Source of the DNA: Lama glama
Taxonomy: Eukaryota
NCBI GenBank assembly: GCA_028534125.1
Contig: CM052816.1
Location: 83,392,001 to 83,456,000 of the forward strand
Reading direction: 5' to 3'
Length of the DNA stretch: 64,000 nt
Shown here in pieces: positions 1 to 12,734 of the stretch (its first letter is position 1; each line of letters starts with the position of its first letter). The position numbers were made by a program, and so were the translations under genes. The notes beneath the pieces were generated by a model. The model was not told the origin of the DNA and did no database searches. It saw only the letters and a list, made by a program, of their open reading frames with translations.

Positions 1-2920
1 AAATGGAATAAAGCTTTAGGAAAAGTCCATTAAGAAAAAGAGGTGCAAATAAAATCAGAAATAAGAGAAATTACTACCAACACCACAGAAAAACAAATGA
101 TTATAAGAGATTACTAAGAACAATTATATGTCACTAAAATGGAGAATCCAAAAGAAATAGGTAAATTCCTAGAAATGTAAAATCTCCCAAGATTGTATCA
201 GGAAAAAATAATATAAACAAACTGATTACTAGTAATGAAACTGAATCAGTTAAAATTTTAAAAAAGCCCAACAAACCAAAATCCAGGACCAGACAACTTC
301 ACAGGTGATTTCTACAAAACATTTAAAGAAAATTTAACCCCTGTCTTTCTCAAAATCTAAGAGGAAGGAACACTTCTAAAGTCATTCTGCTAGGCCAGCA
401 TCACACTGATCCCAAAACCAGACACCACATACACAAACTACAGGCCAATATTCCTGATGAACATAGATGCAAAAATACTCAATAAAATATCAGTAAAACA
501 AATTCAACAATACATTTAAAGGATCATCCACACCATAATCAAATAGAATTTATTCCAAGGATGCAAGGAAGATTCAGGATCTGCAGATCAATGATAAACC
601 ACATTAACAAATTGGATAAAATTTATATAATTATCTCAATAGATGTAAAAAGATTTCGATAAAATTATTCATTTAGGATAAAAACAACAAAGTGGGTACA
701 GAGAAACACACCTCAACATAAGAAAACCCACACATAACAAACTCAAGTTCACATCATATTCAACTGCAAAAACCTGAAAGCATTTTCTTTAAGATCAGGA
801 ACAAGACAAGGATGCCCACTCTTGCCACTTTTATTCAACATAGTATTGAATCCTAGGCAAGGCAATTAGACAAGGAAAAGAAAATGCATCCAAGGAAAAA
901 GAAAGTAAAATTGGAGAAGTAAAACTGTATCTTTGAACATGATTTTATATACAGAAAACCCTAAAGTCTCCATCCAAGAACTTTTAGAATTCATGAACAA
1001 ATTCAGTAAAATTGCAAGGTACACAATATTCATTTTTATACACTAACAGCAAAATATCAGAAATTGGATCAAAAAGATATAAATACCTCGGAATAAATGT
1101 AACCAAAGAGGTAAAAGACTTGTACTTGGAAAACTATGATACTGATGAAGGAACTGAAGACACCAACAAATGAAAAGATATACTGTGCTCATGGATTAAA
1201 AAAAAATTGTTAAGGTGACCATACTCCCCAAGGCAATCTACAGATTCAATACAATCCTTTCAAAATATGAAAGGCATTTCTCACAGAACTACAACAAGTA
1301 ATTCTAAGATTTGTATGGAAACACAAAACTTCTGAATAGCCAAAGCAATTTTAAGAAGAACAAATATGGAGGTATCATGCTCCCTAATTTCAAGCAATAC
1401 TACAAAGCTCCAGTATTCAAAACAGTGAGGTCCTGACACAAAATCAGACACATAGATCAATGGAACAAAATAAACCCACACTTATATGGTCAATTAATCT
1501 ATAACAAAGGAGGAAAGATTATACAATGGGCAACAATAGCCTCTTTAGTTACTGGTGCTAGGAAAACTACATGCAACATATAATAGAACAGTTACATGCA
1601 AAAATAATCTAACTGGAATAGTTTCTCCCAGTATATCCAAAAATAATTTTAAAATACATTAAAGACTTCGATGTAAGACCTGAAACCACTGAACTCCTAA
1701 CTAAAAAGTTCTAGGCAGTGTGCTCTTTGACATTGGTCTTAGCAACAATATTTTTGGATCTATCTCTTCTGGCAAGGGAAACAAAAACAAAAATAAAGAT
1801 ATGGGACCATATCAAAGTAGGAAGCTTTAAAGTAGTGAAGGAAACTATCAACAAAATAAAAAGTCCCCCTACTGAATAGAAGGTATTTGCAAATGATACG
1901 TTCTATAAGGGATTAACAACCAAAATATATAATGGACTTATACAAATAAACATTTTTTAATGGGCACAAGACTTGAATAGACATTCTTCCAAGGATGACA
2001 TACAGATGTCCAATAGAAACATGAAAAAAAAATGCTCACCATCACTAATCATCAGGTAAATGCAAATCAAAACCCCAATGAGATACCTACCTCACACCTG
2101 TCAGAATGGCTATCATCAAAAAGACAGTAAGAAGTGTTGATGAGGAAGTATGAAAAGGGAACACATATGCACTCTTTGTGGTATTGTAAACTGGTGCAGT
2201 CACTATGGAAAACAGTGTGGTGGTTCTTCAAAAAGCAAAAATAGAGTTATTATGTGATCCAGCAATTTCACTTATGGTTATCTACCTGAAGAAAACAAAA
2301 ACACTCGTTCAAAAAGATATGCACAGAAGTGTTCATTGCAGCAATATTTACATAGCCAAAATATGGAAGCAACCTGTGTTCACCTACAGGTGAATGGAAT
2401 AAACATGTAGTATATTTATAAATGGAATATATTCAGTAATAAAGAAGAATAAAATCTTCTCATTTGTGCCAACATGGATGGACCTCAAGGGTATTATGCC
2501 AAGTAAAGTAAGTCAGAGAAAAACAAATACCAAATGATCTCAGTTATATGTATACTAACAAACAAAAACAAACAACTAAGCTCATAAATAATGAGAACAA
2601 ATTGATGGTTGCCAGAGGCAGGGGATGGAGGTGGGAGAAATGAGTGAAGTAGGTCAAAAGACACAAACTTTCAATTATAAAATAAGTCATGGGATATAAT
2701 GTACAACATTAGTGATTACAGTTAATACTGTGTTATATATTTGAAAGTTGCTAAAAAAAAAAGTAGATCTTGAAGTTCTCATCACAGGAAAAAATGTGTA
2801 ACTATGTAAGGTGATAGATGTTATCTGACTTATTGTGGTGATCATTTCAAAATGTATACCAATATTGATTCATGTTGTACACATGAAATGTATGTCAATT
2901 ATAACGTTTACAAAAATTAA
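1..2920 (+). mobile_element. LINE-1, 3' part of ORF2 plus 3'UTR (L1MA9-like), decayed
   Basis: ORF2-like DNA throughout (ccaggaccagacaacttcacaggtga; aagatcaggaacaagacaaggatgcccactct; atgagatacc..ctcacacctgtcagaatggc) with many stops and frameshifts. 3'UTR ends gtagatcttgaagttctcatcac...gtatgtcaattata plus an A-rich tail. Continues beyond the left edge. Confidence 0.95.
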
Positions 2921-3171
2921 ACTGTGGGAAAAAAGTGTTAGTTCAGAAAGAGTATTTGATTGCTTATCTTCCTAAACTTACTACATCTCTTTCTAAACAT
3001 GATATATAGCCAGTTCAAGTGATTAACTTCTGTACGTGCTTTGCCATCATTTTTATTATTTTTATAAACATAACATACATATATTGATTCATTATTTCCC
3101 TGAAGAGTTTTAAAGGACTAATAGGGAAAGCATTCACTCTTTTGAGATTTCACTTTACTCTGCATTAAGTA

Positions 3172-3473
3172 CTATGTATCTAGGAGGGATTAGTTCCGGG
3201 ACCCACCCCCAGATATCAAAACTTGCAGATGCTCCAGTCCCTTGTATAAAATGGTTTAATATTTGCATACAACCTATGTGTACCTGTCTGTATACTTTAA
3301 ATCATCTCTACATTACTTATAATACCTAACACAAAGTAAATGCTACGTCAATGGTCTAGTGTACAGCAAATTCAAATTTTACTTTTTGGAACTTTCTGAA
3401 ATTAAAAAAAAATTTCAATCAGTGTTTGGTTGAATTTGTGGATGCAGAGCCCACAGATGTGGAGGGCTGACTG
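3172..3473 (+). mobile_element. MER2/MER2B-like TcMar-Tigger MITE
   Basis: gggattagttccgggaccc..gatgctccagtcccttgtataaaatgg..tactttaaatcatctcta..ggttgaatttgtggatgcagagcccacagatgtggagggctgactg followed by TA; left TIR eroded. Confidence 0.85.
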
Positions 3474-3977
3474 TATCTGTATTTGACCATATCCCTGTCC
3501 CTGGGACTCTCTCAGTAGATGTGCAATAGTTTCCTTAAGGGAAATAAGATTTACTATCCCCTCAGTTCTCAATTTCACTCCCTACTAAAAATAATGGTTA
3601 ATTTTCTTTCTTTTATTTGAAGTGCAACTAGCATAACTTTCCCTGGAACCCTAGAGTCAAAGTTCTAAATGAGGGCAAGCTATCAGTGAAATAAAAACAA
3701 AACATTTCCAGAAAAAAACATCAGTTTAGAGGTATTTAAAAATATTCTTCATAATCATATTGCAAAAACCTAATCACTGTATAAAAAAATCGCCATTTTT
3801 GAGAGCTTATTCTTAGCCTTGCTTCAATAGAGGTGATTGACATATTTTAATTTCCATTGTCAGATAAAAACATTAACTGTTAAACATCCTTTATAAATTC
3901 GTAGCTATGCTATTATGAGATGCAAAACTAAAGTTTATGCAGCTATTCACTATTAAAGGTGACAGCTACTGTGATAC

Positions 3978-4008
3978 ACAACATGCACGCGTGCGCACAC
4001 ACACACAC
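3978..4008. repeat. (CA)n-rich microsatellite
   Basis: cacaacatgcacgcgtgcgcacacacacacac. Confidence 0.75.
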
Positions 4009-4704
4009 CCCTCATGAGAGTGAATTTTTTCCAGGAGTTAATGGTAACATGTTATAAATGACAGTGATAGTTAAAGTAGAATTCAAAAGGAATATTATTT
4101 CATGAAGTGTTCTGAGTATTTGGCAAAGGGTAATGCATTCTTTTCCTTAAGTCATTGTTTTTCTACTGTAATTTTGCAACTTCATTTTCAAATAGAATTT
4201 ACAGCTGATTTGAACTATCTGTTACAATTTTCTCTCTTGTGCTTTGATTCTATTATGATTTCTTCAGTTAGAAACAAGAAGATGGAATTATATTTAATAC
4301 GCAGAAATTATATGCAACCTAAATTCTAAAGATCACAGTGCTCACAGACAGAAAATCATAGACCATAGGTTGCTTTAGTAAGAGTGATTTCCAGGGAGTG
4401 TTGGAGAAAAAAAGAGGTCCAATGAATTAGGCACAGAAGGTGATCAGAGTCAGCAAGTCTGATGAGTGGTTTGAAGGGAAGCACAGAGACAGGAAAGTAA
4501 AGTGTCATTTGTTTTATTTTTTATTTTTTTCCTTTGCAGTAAATGAATAGTTTGCTTATGACAGAAAATAAGAACAAACTTGTATAATGAAGAAATGGAG
4601 CCCTATACACAATGAAAATAGAATAAAGAAATGTGAAAAGTAAACTGGTTTCTATTTAATTTTCACAAGTGTAATCAAAAGATGCTTGTATTATATTTTA
4701 ACGT

Positions 4705-4810
4705 TGGTTTCCCCTAGTAGAATATGAACTACATTATATTTGTTTTGTAAACTTTTATAGACTTGTTGTCTAGCACAGTAATACCAATAAATATTTGCTG
4801 AAGAAATTTA
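4705..4810 (+). mobile_element. L2 3' end remnant
   Basis: cccctagtagaatatgaact...tctagcacagt...caataaatatttgctgaagaa resembles the L2 tail. Confidence 0.55.
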
Positions 4811-5782
4811 TGTAAGATTTGTAGAGAAATACAGAGAAAGGGCTAGGGGTCATAAAATAAATGCTTATTAATCCCAAACAAGAGAGAATACATTTATTCC
4901 ACTAAAACTAAAGACCAAGATGGTGAGAGTTCAAATCATTAGGGACTGTGATTGGTCTACTTATATCTTAGGTATTTCAAAGCTGACTGCACAGTTTTTA
5001 TTATAACTTAGAATACATAAATCTATTGAGGAAGATTGAGAAGTTGCAAAGGTAAAGCAATTTATTGATGTCATTTTTAAAGAAGATATAAGGATTGCAA
5101 AGTTGAGTCCAACAAGAAATATGCCATTCAAATCAGATTAGTATTGTGCCAATATTAAGGGATTAGTGCATTGTTCTGTGCTTTTATAATTCATATTCAT
5201 TTACTAAATCTGTTATACTGAATTACATAGAACTGCTCATGTAACTCTTACAGAATGGATCGGATACTCTTTCAAAGCAAAGACCATTTTCTAATCTTCA
5301 CTATAGATCAAAAATCCAGCATAGTAATAAACACTCTAAGGCAATGACTATACAATAAACATTTTAAATTACTAAACCAATTTGATAGGTACTAGATAGT
5401 ATTCAGATCACCTTGACACTTATGACATGTTCTTAACACACACACACAGGAGAATAGGTAAACCCTCTTAAATATTTAGAAGCTCTGGTTTCATCACATC
5501 TGTTGATCCTTCACTGGCTAAATCTTATTACAATGATTAAGCCCAAGTAGTAGGCTATATACTATGCATGGAGGTAGACGTTACCCAAAGGAGGATTATT
5601 GTGGTGGGGGAGAAGATTGACCATTTGTTCAATATTAATCCAATCTATTATGCAGTGAAATGAATGAAAGTATACAATTATGGATAATACAGGAGCAGAA
5701 GAGTGAATGCTTTCAACGTATGACTCAAGGAAAATAAAAGTGGTTCCATAATTAACTTATTTTCAATTATAGTGTGGGTATC

Positions 5783-6200
5783 GGGCAGGAGTCCTACAGG
5801 AAACAGATGGCAAGTGGAAATTTTGTAATTTGGAAGTGTTTAATAAAGAGAAAATTTAAAAGATGAAGCCGGGATGTAGAAAAACCACAAAGATGGTGCA
5901 GTAGTTTGGGGCTAGCAAAAGCAGGGCTTTTAACACTCATGGCTCTCAAGAGACAAGTAGGAGAGACATGACTGGCACACAGTAATGAACGGCATCTAAA
6001 CAACAGACCGACCTAAGCTGTGTTCCTGGATCTAGGCAGTAATCTGCCTGTAGTAACGCCATAGGTAGTAAGTCAAGTAAATATCGAGACTTACCATTCT
6101 CATTCCCGCCTAGAGCCATCTGCTGCTCCCCATTGGTCAAAACTAGAAAAAAATGCCAGAAGGTAACAGAATCAGTCTTACTGATGAATTCCATAAAGAA
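5783..6200 (-). mobile_element. ERVL-class LTR (LTR33-like)
   Basis: caggaaacagatggca...tttaataaagag...aaaccacaaagatggtgcagta...ggggctagc...ctccccattggtcaaa..gccagaagg matches the remembered antisense LTR33 pattern. Confidence 0.65.
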
Positions 6201-6521
6201 TGGGGAATCATCTTGAGACACTAAAAATATATCTTGCATAGTACGGCAAATAAATTAGATGTCAACATAACTTTCAGGTGATATATAATTACCTCTGAAA
6301 TATTGCCTCCCCCATGTACTGCTAATATACTGCTATTATACTTTATATATACTATTCCTCATTGAGGGAAACATGTAGTTGCAAATAGTAAGTCAGAATT
6401 ATACACAGAACAGCTTAGAGGCCTGTAATAAGTTGATATAGTGTTAAGAATCATCAAGATTAAAAGTTTTTGTACTACTGATTCACCTGCCTAAAATGTG
6501 GGCTGTTATGTTTTTCACAAT

Positions 6522-6585
6522 ATGTATGTTTATATACATGTATATGTATATGTATGTATGTATCTATGTGTGTGTGTGTGTGTGT
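6522..6585. repeat. (TATG)n/(TG)n microsatellite
   Basis: Direct inspection. Confidence 0.9.
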
Positions 6586-6639
6586 TATACTTGTGAACAT
6601 TAAACACCATAAATTTAAGGATCCCTGATAGAACAAACC

Positions 6640-6992
6640 AGATTACCTGGCTCTTAATCTTATGACATTAACCAGATGCTTGACCTTGAGAAAGACATTC
6701 AAATTCTCCATGTGTCATTTTCTTCATTTATGAGGAGCTATACAAAATACTACAAATTAAACAACATAATACAAATAATGAGGTCCAACTGTATATCACA
6801 GGGAATTATATTCAATACCTTGTAATAGCCTGTAATGAAAAAGAATATAAAAAGGAATATATATGTGTAACTGAATCACTACTCTGTACTACAAAATTAA
6901 CACTGTAAACCGACTATACTTCAATAAAAAATAGAAAATCTTTATAATGCTATCTTTTACATAAGCATTCAATAAACATTTGCCGTTATTAT
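6640..6992 (+). mobile_element. MIR SINE interrupted by an L1 tail
   Basis: MIR core tgaccttgagaaag...ttttcttcatttatga at about 6680-6733; MIR tail taagcattcaataaacatttgccgttattatt at about 6962-6992. Confidence 0.55.
6775..6932 (+). mobile_element. 5'-truncated cetartiodactyl-type L1 3' end
   Basis: ctgtatatcacagggaattatattcaataccttgtaata...aatgaaaaagaatat...aactgaatcact...actatacttcaataaaaaa. Confidence 0.85.
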
Positions 6993-8692
6993 TGACGATA
7001 AGTTACATAAGGCTACAGTATTTGATGAAACTTTTAATATAACTTTTAGAATAAAGATGAGGGGAAGACATGACAAAGGCATTATAAATATTATATGTTT
7101 GAGAGCTCAGTATGTTAAGCAAAAATGTAAGTGTGTGGAGGGAATGAAAATGGAATTTATGTGTTTACTTTAAATATGTTACATGATTCTACGAGTCTTT
7201 CACTGATATTAAGGTAATTTTTCCTCAGTGTCCTTTTTATTATTTTATTGTTTCATGAATTTCACTATAAAATGCTCAATTTACGGTAGCATGCCTTTAT
7301 TATAAAAATGATACGCTTATAACTTGGATTGTAGTTTCAATGCTATTCTATGCTTTGAAAGTCCAAGAAAAAAATACGATTAACCTGCTGAGGCCTCAGG
7401 AGTGGTACAACTTTGCACACTCCTTGTCTTGCTTATTTCTTAGTTTTCAGTCCATCTTCATATGTCTAACTCCATCTTCTTACCACCACAGTGAAACTAG
7501 CCCCCAAGAAATAAGACACTGATTTCATGTTATTTCCAATTTAGGGACCACCAACTCAAGTTCATTTTCTGAGCTGAGGGATTTGTACCACTCCTTGGGT
7601 TTGTACCATTGAATTATCAACTTCAGAGGATAGGTTTGTATTCTACATACATATATACTCCAAAATAAGTTCACAAACATATATCTTACAGTAATTATAA
7701 CAGCCAGTAATCTAGAACTATGCACAGATATATAAGTTATTACTCATTACTACTCTGCTTCTACCTATGGAAAAGCTGCCAGGTTCTAAATTACCTACCA
7801 AGCAAAGCCAAAGACTGTGGCTAGGAAGAGGTGACAGTACTTGGGTTTTCATGCTTATCATATTTTAAGTACTTAATACATACATTGGATGGAAAGGATT
7901 TTTCAAGGTTATACTAACTCAGACCCAAAGACCATCATTCTTTACAAAATCTCATGGTTTCCTACTGCATGATATAGCTATTTTTCAAATATCCAAGCTA
8001 GCTTCAGCAATATTTGATATGAATGAATTCATGATTTTTTTGTAGAAATAAACTTCTCCAAATGTTGATCCATTTTCTTACCATTTAAAAAATACAATTT
8101 TCCTTTTGCATGTGTTTTTATCTTTTTAAAGGGCTTTGAATTTTGCTTTGTTCAAAACTCCAATAATAATCACATGGGGATATGATTACATACACATTAC
8201 AAATCTTATACACATAACTTTTGAATTGAAATTTTTATTAGGCCTAGAAATTTGATGGTTTTAGACATAATTTAGTTGAATTTTTTAACAATCATAAATA
8301 TAATTAGTTTTTCATATACTTATATAGTTATTTTGCTTGTATTCACCTTAAAAAGTTTGGCTAAGTTTATTATAGAAAAATATTCTTATATTTTAATACA
8401 CCCAACATTTTATGTTTTTCCTAAATTATTGTCTTTTATACAGCTTATTTTTGATATCTAAGATGTAATGGGTAAATACTCACCTGACATTATTGCATGG
8501 TTATTACTCTTTTCATAAAACTTCTACTTATACACATCAGAAGGCTTCAAAAATCACGTTTAATTTGACAATAGAATTTATACTTTTATATTAAACTTTT
8601 CAGATTGACCAATTAAAACAATCATACTTCAAGAATCAGAAATATTTTAGAAATATTTCTTTTTTCAGTTATTGGTGAGTTACATATCTACA

Positions 8693-9647
8693 TGTTTTGA
8701 GCTGAACAGTGTTCCTTCCCAAATATGTTGAAGTTCTAATCTTAGAAACTCAATGTGAGGGTATTTGGAAAGAGGGTCTTTATGTTGGGAATAAAGTTAA
8801 AAAGATGTCATTAGGCTGAGCTCTCACTGAGGGAGGGGCCTTAATAGTTCTGCTTAGCCTGATTAAGCTTTAAACAGGCTTCTTCCAGACTCTGGGCCCT
8901 CATCTCCCTCTTTTTAGAGCATCAAAAAACACTTGCAATTGCAAATTCTTTCTCTGCCCCTTTACTATGTAAATCTTCTCCCAGACTGTTGCCAGTTTTA
9001 TAACTCAGAAACGTCTTTCTCAAGGACCTGGGAGCCATCCCTTTGAAAGGTCATCATGAAGAGAGTCCCTTTCTCCTAATCTCTGTGAGAGGGTAGGAGC
9101 CCAACTTCAATAAGAACTAATCAGCAAACACAATTGGCCTAACCCTAGTCGCCAAACTCCCCACTAACATCCTCCAGTACTTTTCCATTAGCTCACCCTA
9201 GAGCTTAAAAATTTTCTTGCCATTTGTCTCAGCAGAGTTGGGTTCAATCTCTTTATTATAATAGTCTGGAGACCTTGTGATATTCTTGAATAAAATCTTC
9301 TTTGACTGTTCATCTTTTCTGGTGCAGTTTTTATTTAACAGCTCTAATCCAGTTTAATTAGAATCCTTAACTGGGGGGAAATTTGGGCACAGAGACATAC
9401 ATGCACATAGGGAGAATGCTACATGATGATAAGGGCAGGGACCTGAATCAAAAATTCCCAGCAAACCACCAGAATCTAGGAAAGAGGCATGGAAGAGTTT
9501 TTCCCTCACAACCCTCAGAAGGAACCAACTCTGTTGACAACTTCATCTTGGACTTCCAGCCTCCAGAGCTGTGGAAGAAAGCATTCCTCTTGTTTAAGGC
9601 GCATAGTTTGTAGCACTCTGTTTTGGCAGCCCTAGGAAACTAACACA
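8693..9647 (+). mobile_element. MaLR LTR (MLT1B/C-like) split by a nested ERV1 LTR
   Basis: 5' part tgttttgagctgaac..tatttggaaagagggtcttt; 3' part ccctcagaaggaaccaac..ttggacttccagcctccagagctgt..gcagccctaggaaactaacaca. Confidence 0.9.
8824..9340 (+). mobile_element. ERV1 solo LTR (MER67/MER31-group-like) inserted in MLT1
   Basis: TSD GCTC at 8820-8823 and 9341-9344; ends ...tttaaCA; AATAAA near 9289; ctcaaggacctgggagccatccctttgaaa motif; the 5' TG appears mutated to TC. Confidence 0.8.
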
Positions 9648-11329
9648 TCATGTTTTGTAGTGAAAAGATTACAGATCTGTAGTTGGGAAAACTAGTCGTG
9701 AAGACTAATTCTGCTCCTTCCTAGATTTGGGGACTGGGGTAAATCAATAAAGTTTGTTAGTTTCTACATCTTCATTGGCAACTGAATGACCTAACATTTT
9801 GAGAGGTGTTGGCTTATAATAAGGCTAAATAAATAACAAAACATTATTTCTCAATCAAGAGAGAGTTTTCTAAGGCTAAGATAGCATAGCAAAAAGTTTC
9901 TTAAAAATGCACGAGAGCTAAGCACCTTAATAAAAATGAAAAACCCAGAATTTCAAACTCTTCTCCTTTGAATTTACTACTTTATTAGCATTTTCCATGG
10001 AAACTCAATTGTGTTAGGTTTTACCTAATGTACAGAACCTTAAAAGGGTCTAGATATTTTCAGTCCAAACTAGCTCATTTCACTGATACATAGCATCATC
10101 CCAACTTAAGCATAAATGTAGGTGTCTTTTGTCATCTTCACAAGCACCTCACAAAAGGGTGGAATCTCCAAATTCCCTAAGTAGAAACACTTCTCTTTTC
10201 CATTTTCAAGAAAGCATATGCAGAATGACCTAGAAAACTTACATTTCCATTATAAACCTCAGCTTTTTCATCACCAGCATGTGCCTTTTATATACTACTT
10301 TATATTAATGTCGATGCTTAGTAAAGGAATATGAAAGATAGTATAATACTTCTTGAAATACTCTAATTTATAAAAGGAGAGGTTTTGTAACAAGGCAACA
10401 ATTTTATAATACCCTTGTGTTTTTCTAGCCCTCACAAAGAGCTGAGGGAGAATCCATTTAATATCTGAGTGAGTGCCAGTTTGACCAGGTTCCATGCAAG
10501 GCAGTGTGCCATAATTAAAAATAAAAATAGTTACACTAATCAAACATGAAACAAATAGCAGTAATAGCAAATGAAAAAAAAAAGTCAATTTGGAGAGGGA
10601 AAAATAATGGTCCCTTAGGAATAATGAGGTGGGGAACAATGATTAAGGACAGAAACACATGGTGAATTGCGTTCTTATACGTTTCATACATTTTTACCCT
10701 AGGGAAAATTCTTTTAAAGGTGAATTAACATCAATTTAAGAATTTTGATAATTTTATAATCAGTAGATCGTATCAGTCTCTGTATTCAAAGACTGAATAA
10801 ACTGAGTGCTTTCAAGTAAAATGCTAAAAAATTATCCATAAAGAGAAGTCATTGGACAGAAGGTATATTCTTTTAGTACTAATTTTAATCTCCTTGGTCG
10901 TAGGTTAATTAACAACAGCCTTTCAAATAATTATATCAGTCTTTTAATGCATAGATCAGATTTGAGTTTGTCAAAAAAAAACTGGATGTACTAATCAAGC
11001 AGTTGATGGTGATTAAAGCAATTTCAGCCCCAGGAGATAACAAAATTCCTTTCCTTTCCTGTCAGTGGATTACCAGCAAAGACCACATAATTTCGCTGAT
11101 CCATTACTGCCGAAACTGCTGGCTTCAACTATTTTGACATTTATTTGTTTATATATATTATTTGGCACATGAAGTTTTCCAAGCTCTTTATTATACAGGA
11201 CAGTCAAAACATCAGTATGAGTAGATCACAATTAGGTAACTAATAGAGTGTGGATTGGGGTCAATAGGGAGCAGAAATAAAATGCAACTTCTGACAAATT
11301 AATGTCAAAAACAGTTTTTTAAAAGGAGA

Positions 11330-11770
11330 GTTTCACAGGAGCATGAAAATGTCTAGTTGGGAAATAGAATGGCAACGTTGAAATTAACTAACTACGATGT
11401 TATTGCAATAGTCCAGGGGAGAAATTATAAAAATAAGACTGTGGCAAAGGTGAAAGAAAGAATAAAGCCAGATTCAATAGGCTTGGAGACCAGAGGGACA
11501 TGAAAGAAGTTATCAGTAAAGGATGTCCCCAAAGTTTTAAATTCAACGGCTGGGTAAATAATGAAGACAATAACAAAGATTAAGAGTACACATAGGTGCG
11601 AAACAGGTTAGAAAAGAATGCAATTTGCTCAGTATCAGAGAAAATGAATTTCAGAAACCAGCTGGATACCCAAGATCAGTAAGAAATTGCTTTTAAGGTT
11701 TAAAAAAAACAAAAGCCTGGAGATAAAGATAATATAAGTAAAACTTACAGAGTGGGTAGATTTTGAAGGG
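11330..11770 (-). mobile_element. L2 internal fragment, very decayed
   Basis: gttattgcaatagtccagggg and similar purine-rich antisense L2 motifs. Confidence 0.45.
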
Positions 11771-12037
11771 AACAAATGAAATATATCATTTATAAAAAGT
11801 TGTACGAAAAAACTCAAATTACACTAGCCACTTGAAAGGAGTAATCAGAAAATGTAAATTCAGTCACTGCTCAATCTCTGAGAACTGCTTGGTGGAGTTG
11901 CAAGTATATTCACACCACATTTCTTTCTACTACTTTATAACTGAGTTGATTTTTCCCCCCCAAACTCTCCACCACTGAATAGAGAGGAAAAAACAGCAAA
12001 TAAACAAAAACATCAGCAAAATTTTGGTTTAACTCAT

Positions 12038-12734
12038 TGTTTTAGTTTTCTATGGCTGCTGTAACAAATTACTACAACACGAACTTACTTTCTTACTGTC
12101 CTGTAGGTTGGACGTTTTCCTGGGCTAAAACCAAGGTACTGGCAAGCCTGTGTTCCTTTCTGGAGATTCTGCAGGAGAGACATTTTATAACTGACGGAGC
12201 TCTTTCCATCTCACATTGGTCTGACTTCTTCTGCCGCCCACATTCACTTTGAAAAACTCTTGGATTTAATTGGACACACGTGGATCATTTAAGCCGGTCT
12301 CCCTTCTTGAAGGTCAATGATTGGTAAATGTCAGCAGTCTTAAGTGAGTAGGCTATGGGACCCAGGTCAAAGTTCACAATAACTTGCATGTGTATGAGGT
12401 AAGAAGTAAATGTACGCATGCCCAAGTAGCATGAGTCAGCATTATGAACAATACTCATGCGCGGGCATAATGAACGGACAAGTGCGTACACCTGAGCGCG
12501 TGCGCCACCCGCTTGTACTGCAATAAAGTGCTGTTTTGCTCTATGTCGGCTCCTTGCGCCTTCTTCCAGTTGGGCAGTTCACCTCCTCGGATCCCTCTCC
12601 AGCCTCCAGCGGCTGACAGTAAACAATTCCACGGACAACTTAAATTCCTCTTTACTATGTAATGTAACATTTCCATCTGTTCTGGGAATTGGGACAGGTA
12701 CATCTTTGGGTGGGGCATTAGTTTATCTTCGACA
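12038..12734 (-). mobile_element. MaLR LTR (MLT1D/C-like) split by a young LTR
   Basis: tgttttagttttctatggctgctgtaacaaattac...gggctaaaaccaaggt..ctttctggag...catctttgggtggggcatta..aca; flanks CTCAT (12033-37) and CTGAT (12735-39), a 4/5 TSD match. Confidence 0.85.
12329..12618 (+). mobile_element. Young 290-bp solo LTR, class III/ERV-S (LTR18)-like
   Basis: Terminal inverted repeat TGTCAGC...GCTGACA; perfect 5-bp TSD GTAAA (12324-28, 12619-23); AATAAA at 12522-27; about 13 CpGs retained. Confidence 0.9.
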
